Source: Octopus sinensis
Taxonomy: Eukaryota
Direction: 5' to 3'
DNA: 64,000 nt
Assembly (NCBI RefSeq): GCF_006345805.1
Contig: NC_043014.1
Span: 27,156,001 to 27,220,000, forward strand
The notes under the pieces: model-generated
What the model was told of the DNA's origin: nothing
Databases searched by the model: none
The model's input: the letters and a program-made list of their open reading frames with translations, nothing else
Shown here: positions 62,982-64,000 of the stretch, in pieces
Layout: each line of letters begins with the position of its first letter
How positions within the stretch are numbered: the first letter of the stretch is position 1
Program-made: the position numbers and the translations under genes

Positions 62982-63586
62982 TTTCTTTGTTGGCTTCAAG
63001 GGCCCCCAGAAAAACATAAGGACTTTACACAAAACCAACAAGGGACGGTGGGATAATAAACACCCCGATGCAATACCAGGCACAATGCCCTGATGCAATA
63101 CCAGGCAGTGGCTCTCATGGCCTCTGATTGGAAGTGTCATCATGTATATGTTTTGTCTTGGTATTAAAGATGGACTACAGCAAATATTCTGCTCAAATCA
63201 ACAAATTTGCTCGTCAGTTGTTTGACCATAACCATTTGAGCATGTCCCTTAGTAGCTGACAATTTGTGCATCTCTGATCACGAGCAGAAGTAGTGGGGGA
63301 ACATCATAGCCGTGTGTTGAAAGGAATTCTTTGGAAACATGGGTAGTTCGTTCAACATCCTTAAACAATCCTTATTCAGGGACCTTTAGAGCGGGATGGG
63401 TTACTCGACCAGAAGAAACTTCTAACAGGGTCCCACCTGCAAGGTCATGCGTTGTTTATCTTGATATGAGATCACCATGTCGCGCACATATGGTTGTGAT
63501 GTATGTGCCTGGTGTACCCTTATCAGACGGGTAGTCATGATGGATATACCAGTGTCACTTTGATGGCATGCATTGCTCTCTCACTC
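62982..63586 (+). mobile_element. (AAT)n-flanked repeat, longer copy of the 44075-44542 family
   Basis: Shared body ...ctacagcaaatattctgctcaa...ccttattcagggacctttagagcggg...ctctctcactc. Confidence 0.8.
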
Positions 63587-63641
<55 letters not shown>

Positions 63642-64000
63642 GTAATAATAATAATAATAATAATATGTAGCGAACTACCTCCACTGGAAATATGTGTAAA
63701 TAAATGTCGTAAAATATTTGATATCCAGGTCTTGGACACGAATGATTGAAAATCTTTCTCTAAGTGTAAAAACCTGAATATAGAAATACTGAGCTGTGAA
63801 ACATGGACATAAGAATAGGATATGTAATTCTAAAAACAATGAGCAGAAAACTAAAACAATCGAAAAATTGCCGAATAAATTTTCTATGTGTGAGGTTCAA
63901 AATGTAGCACTCCAAGGAAGTGGTTATATTTTTCAAATAAGCATCGATAACAACAAGTGTAATTTCGTAGTTCTTTGAGCAGCCGCTGAGCGTCAACGAA

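Noticed and set aside
62982-64000. Search for the next upstream peroxidase exon (distal His/Asp region)
   Set aside because: Only repeats and non-coding sequence are present, so the distal-site residues cannot be assessed here.

Overview
AT-rich, microsatellite- and transposon-dense animal genomic DNA. The repeat content suggests a coleoid cephalopod, probably Octopus; this is inferred from SINE/RTE repeat families recalled from memory, not from a search. Two spliced host genes converge, and both run off the window edges. (1) On the + strand, the last six exons (2793-29087) of an NCKIPSD/SPIN90/WISH-family Arp2/3 activator; all exon phases join into one open frame. (2) On the - strand, five exons (62907-51939) of an animal heme-peroxidase-family protein. 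It lacks the proximal heme-ligand His and its supporting Arg/Asn, and ends in a 90-aa Thr/Pro mucin-like stalk plus a TSP1-like module, so it is a candidate adhesion/matrix pseudo-peroxidase. Introns and the ~22 kb intergenic gap hold RTE, CR1-like and R4/Dong-like LINEs, Penelope-like elements (PLEs) with hammerhead-ribozyme cores, two decayed Gypsy elements, two solo LTRs with 4-bp TSDs, pogo/Tigger and Tc1/mariner transposons, MITEs and SINEs. A recurrent class of fold-back (inverted-repeat) modules also occurs, including a perfect 158-bp palindrome that carries a hammerhead core on both strands inside a peroxidase intron. Most ORFs in the supplied track are microsatellite artefacts. No searches or folding computations were run. 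Coordinates were counted by hand and most repeat boundaries are approximate.
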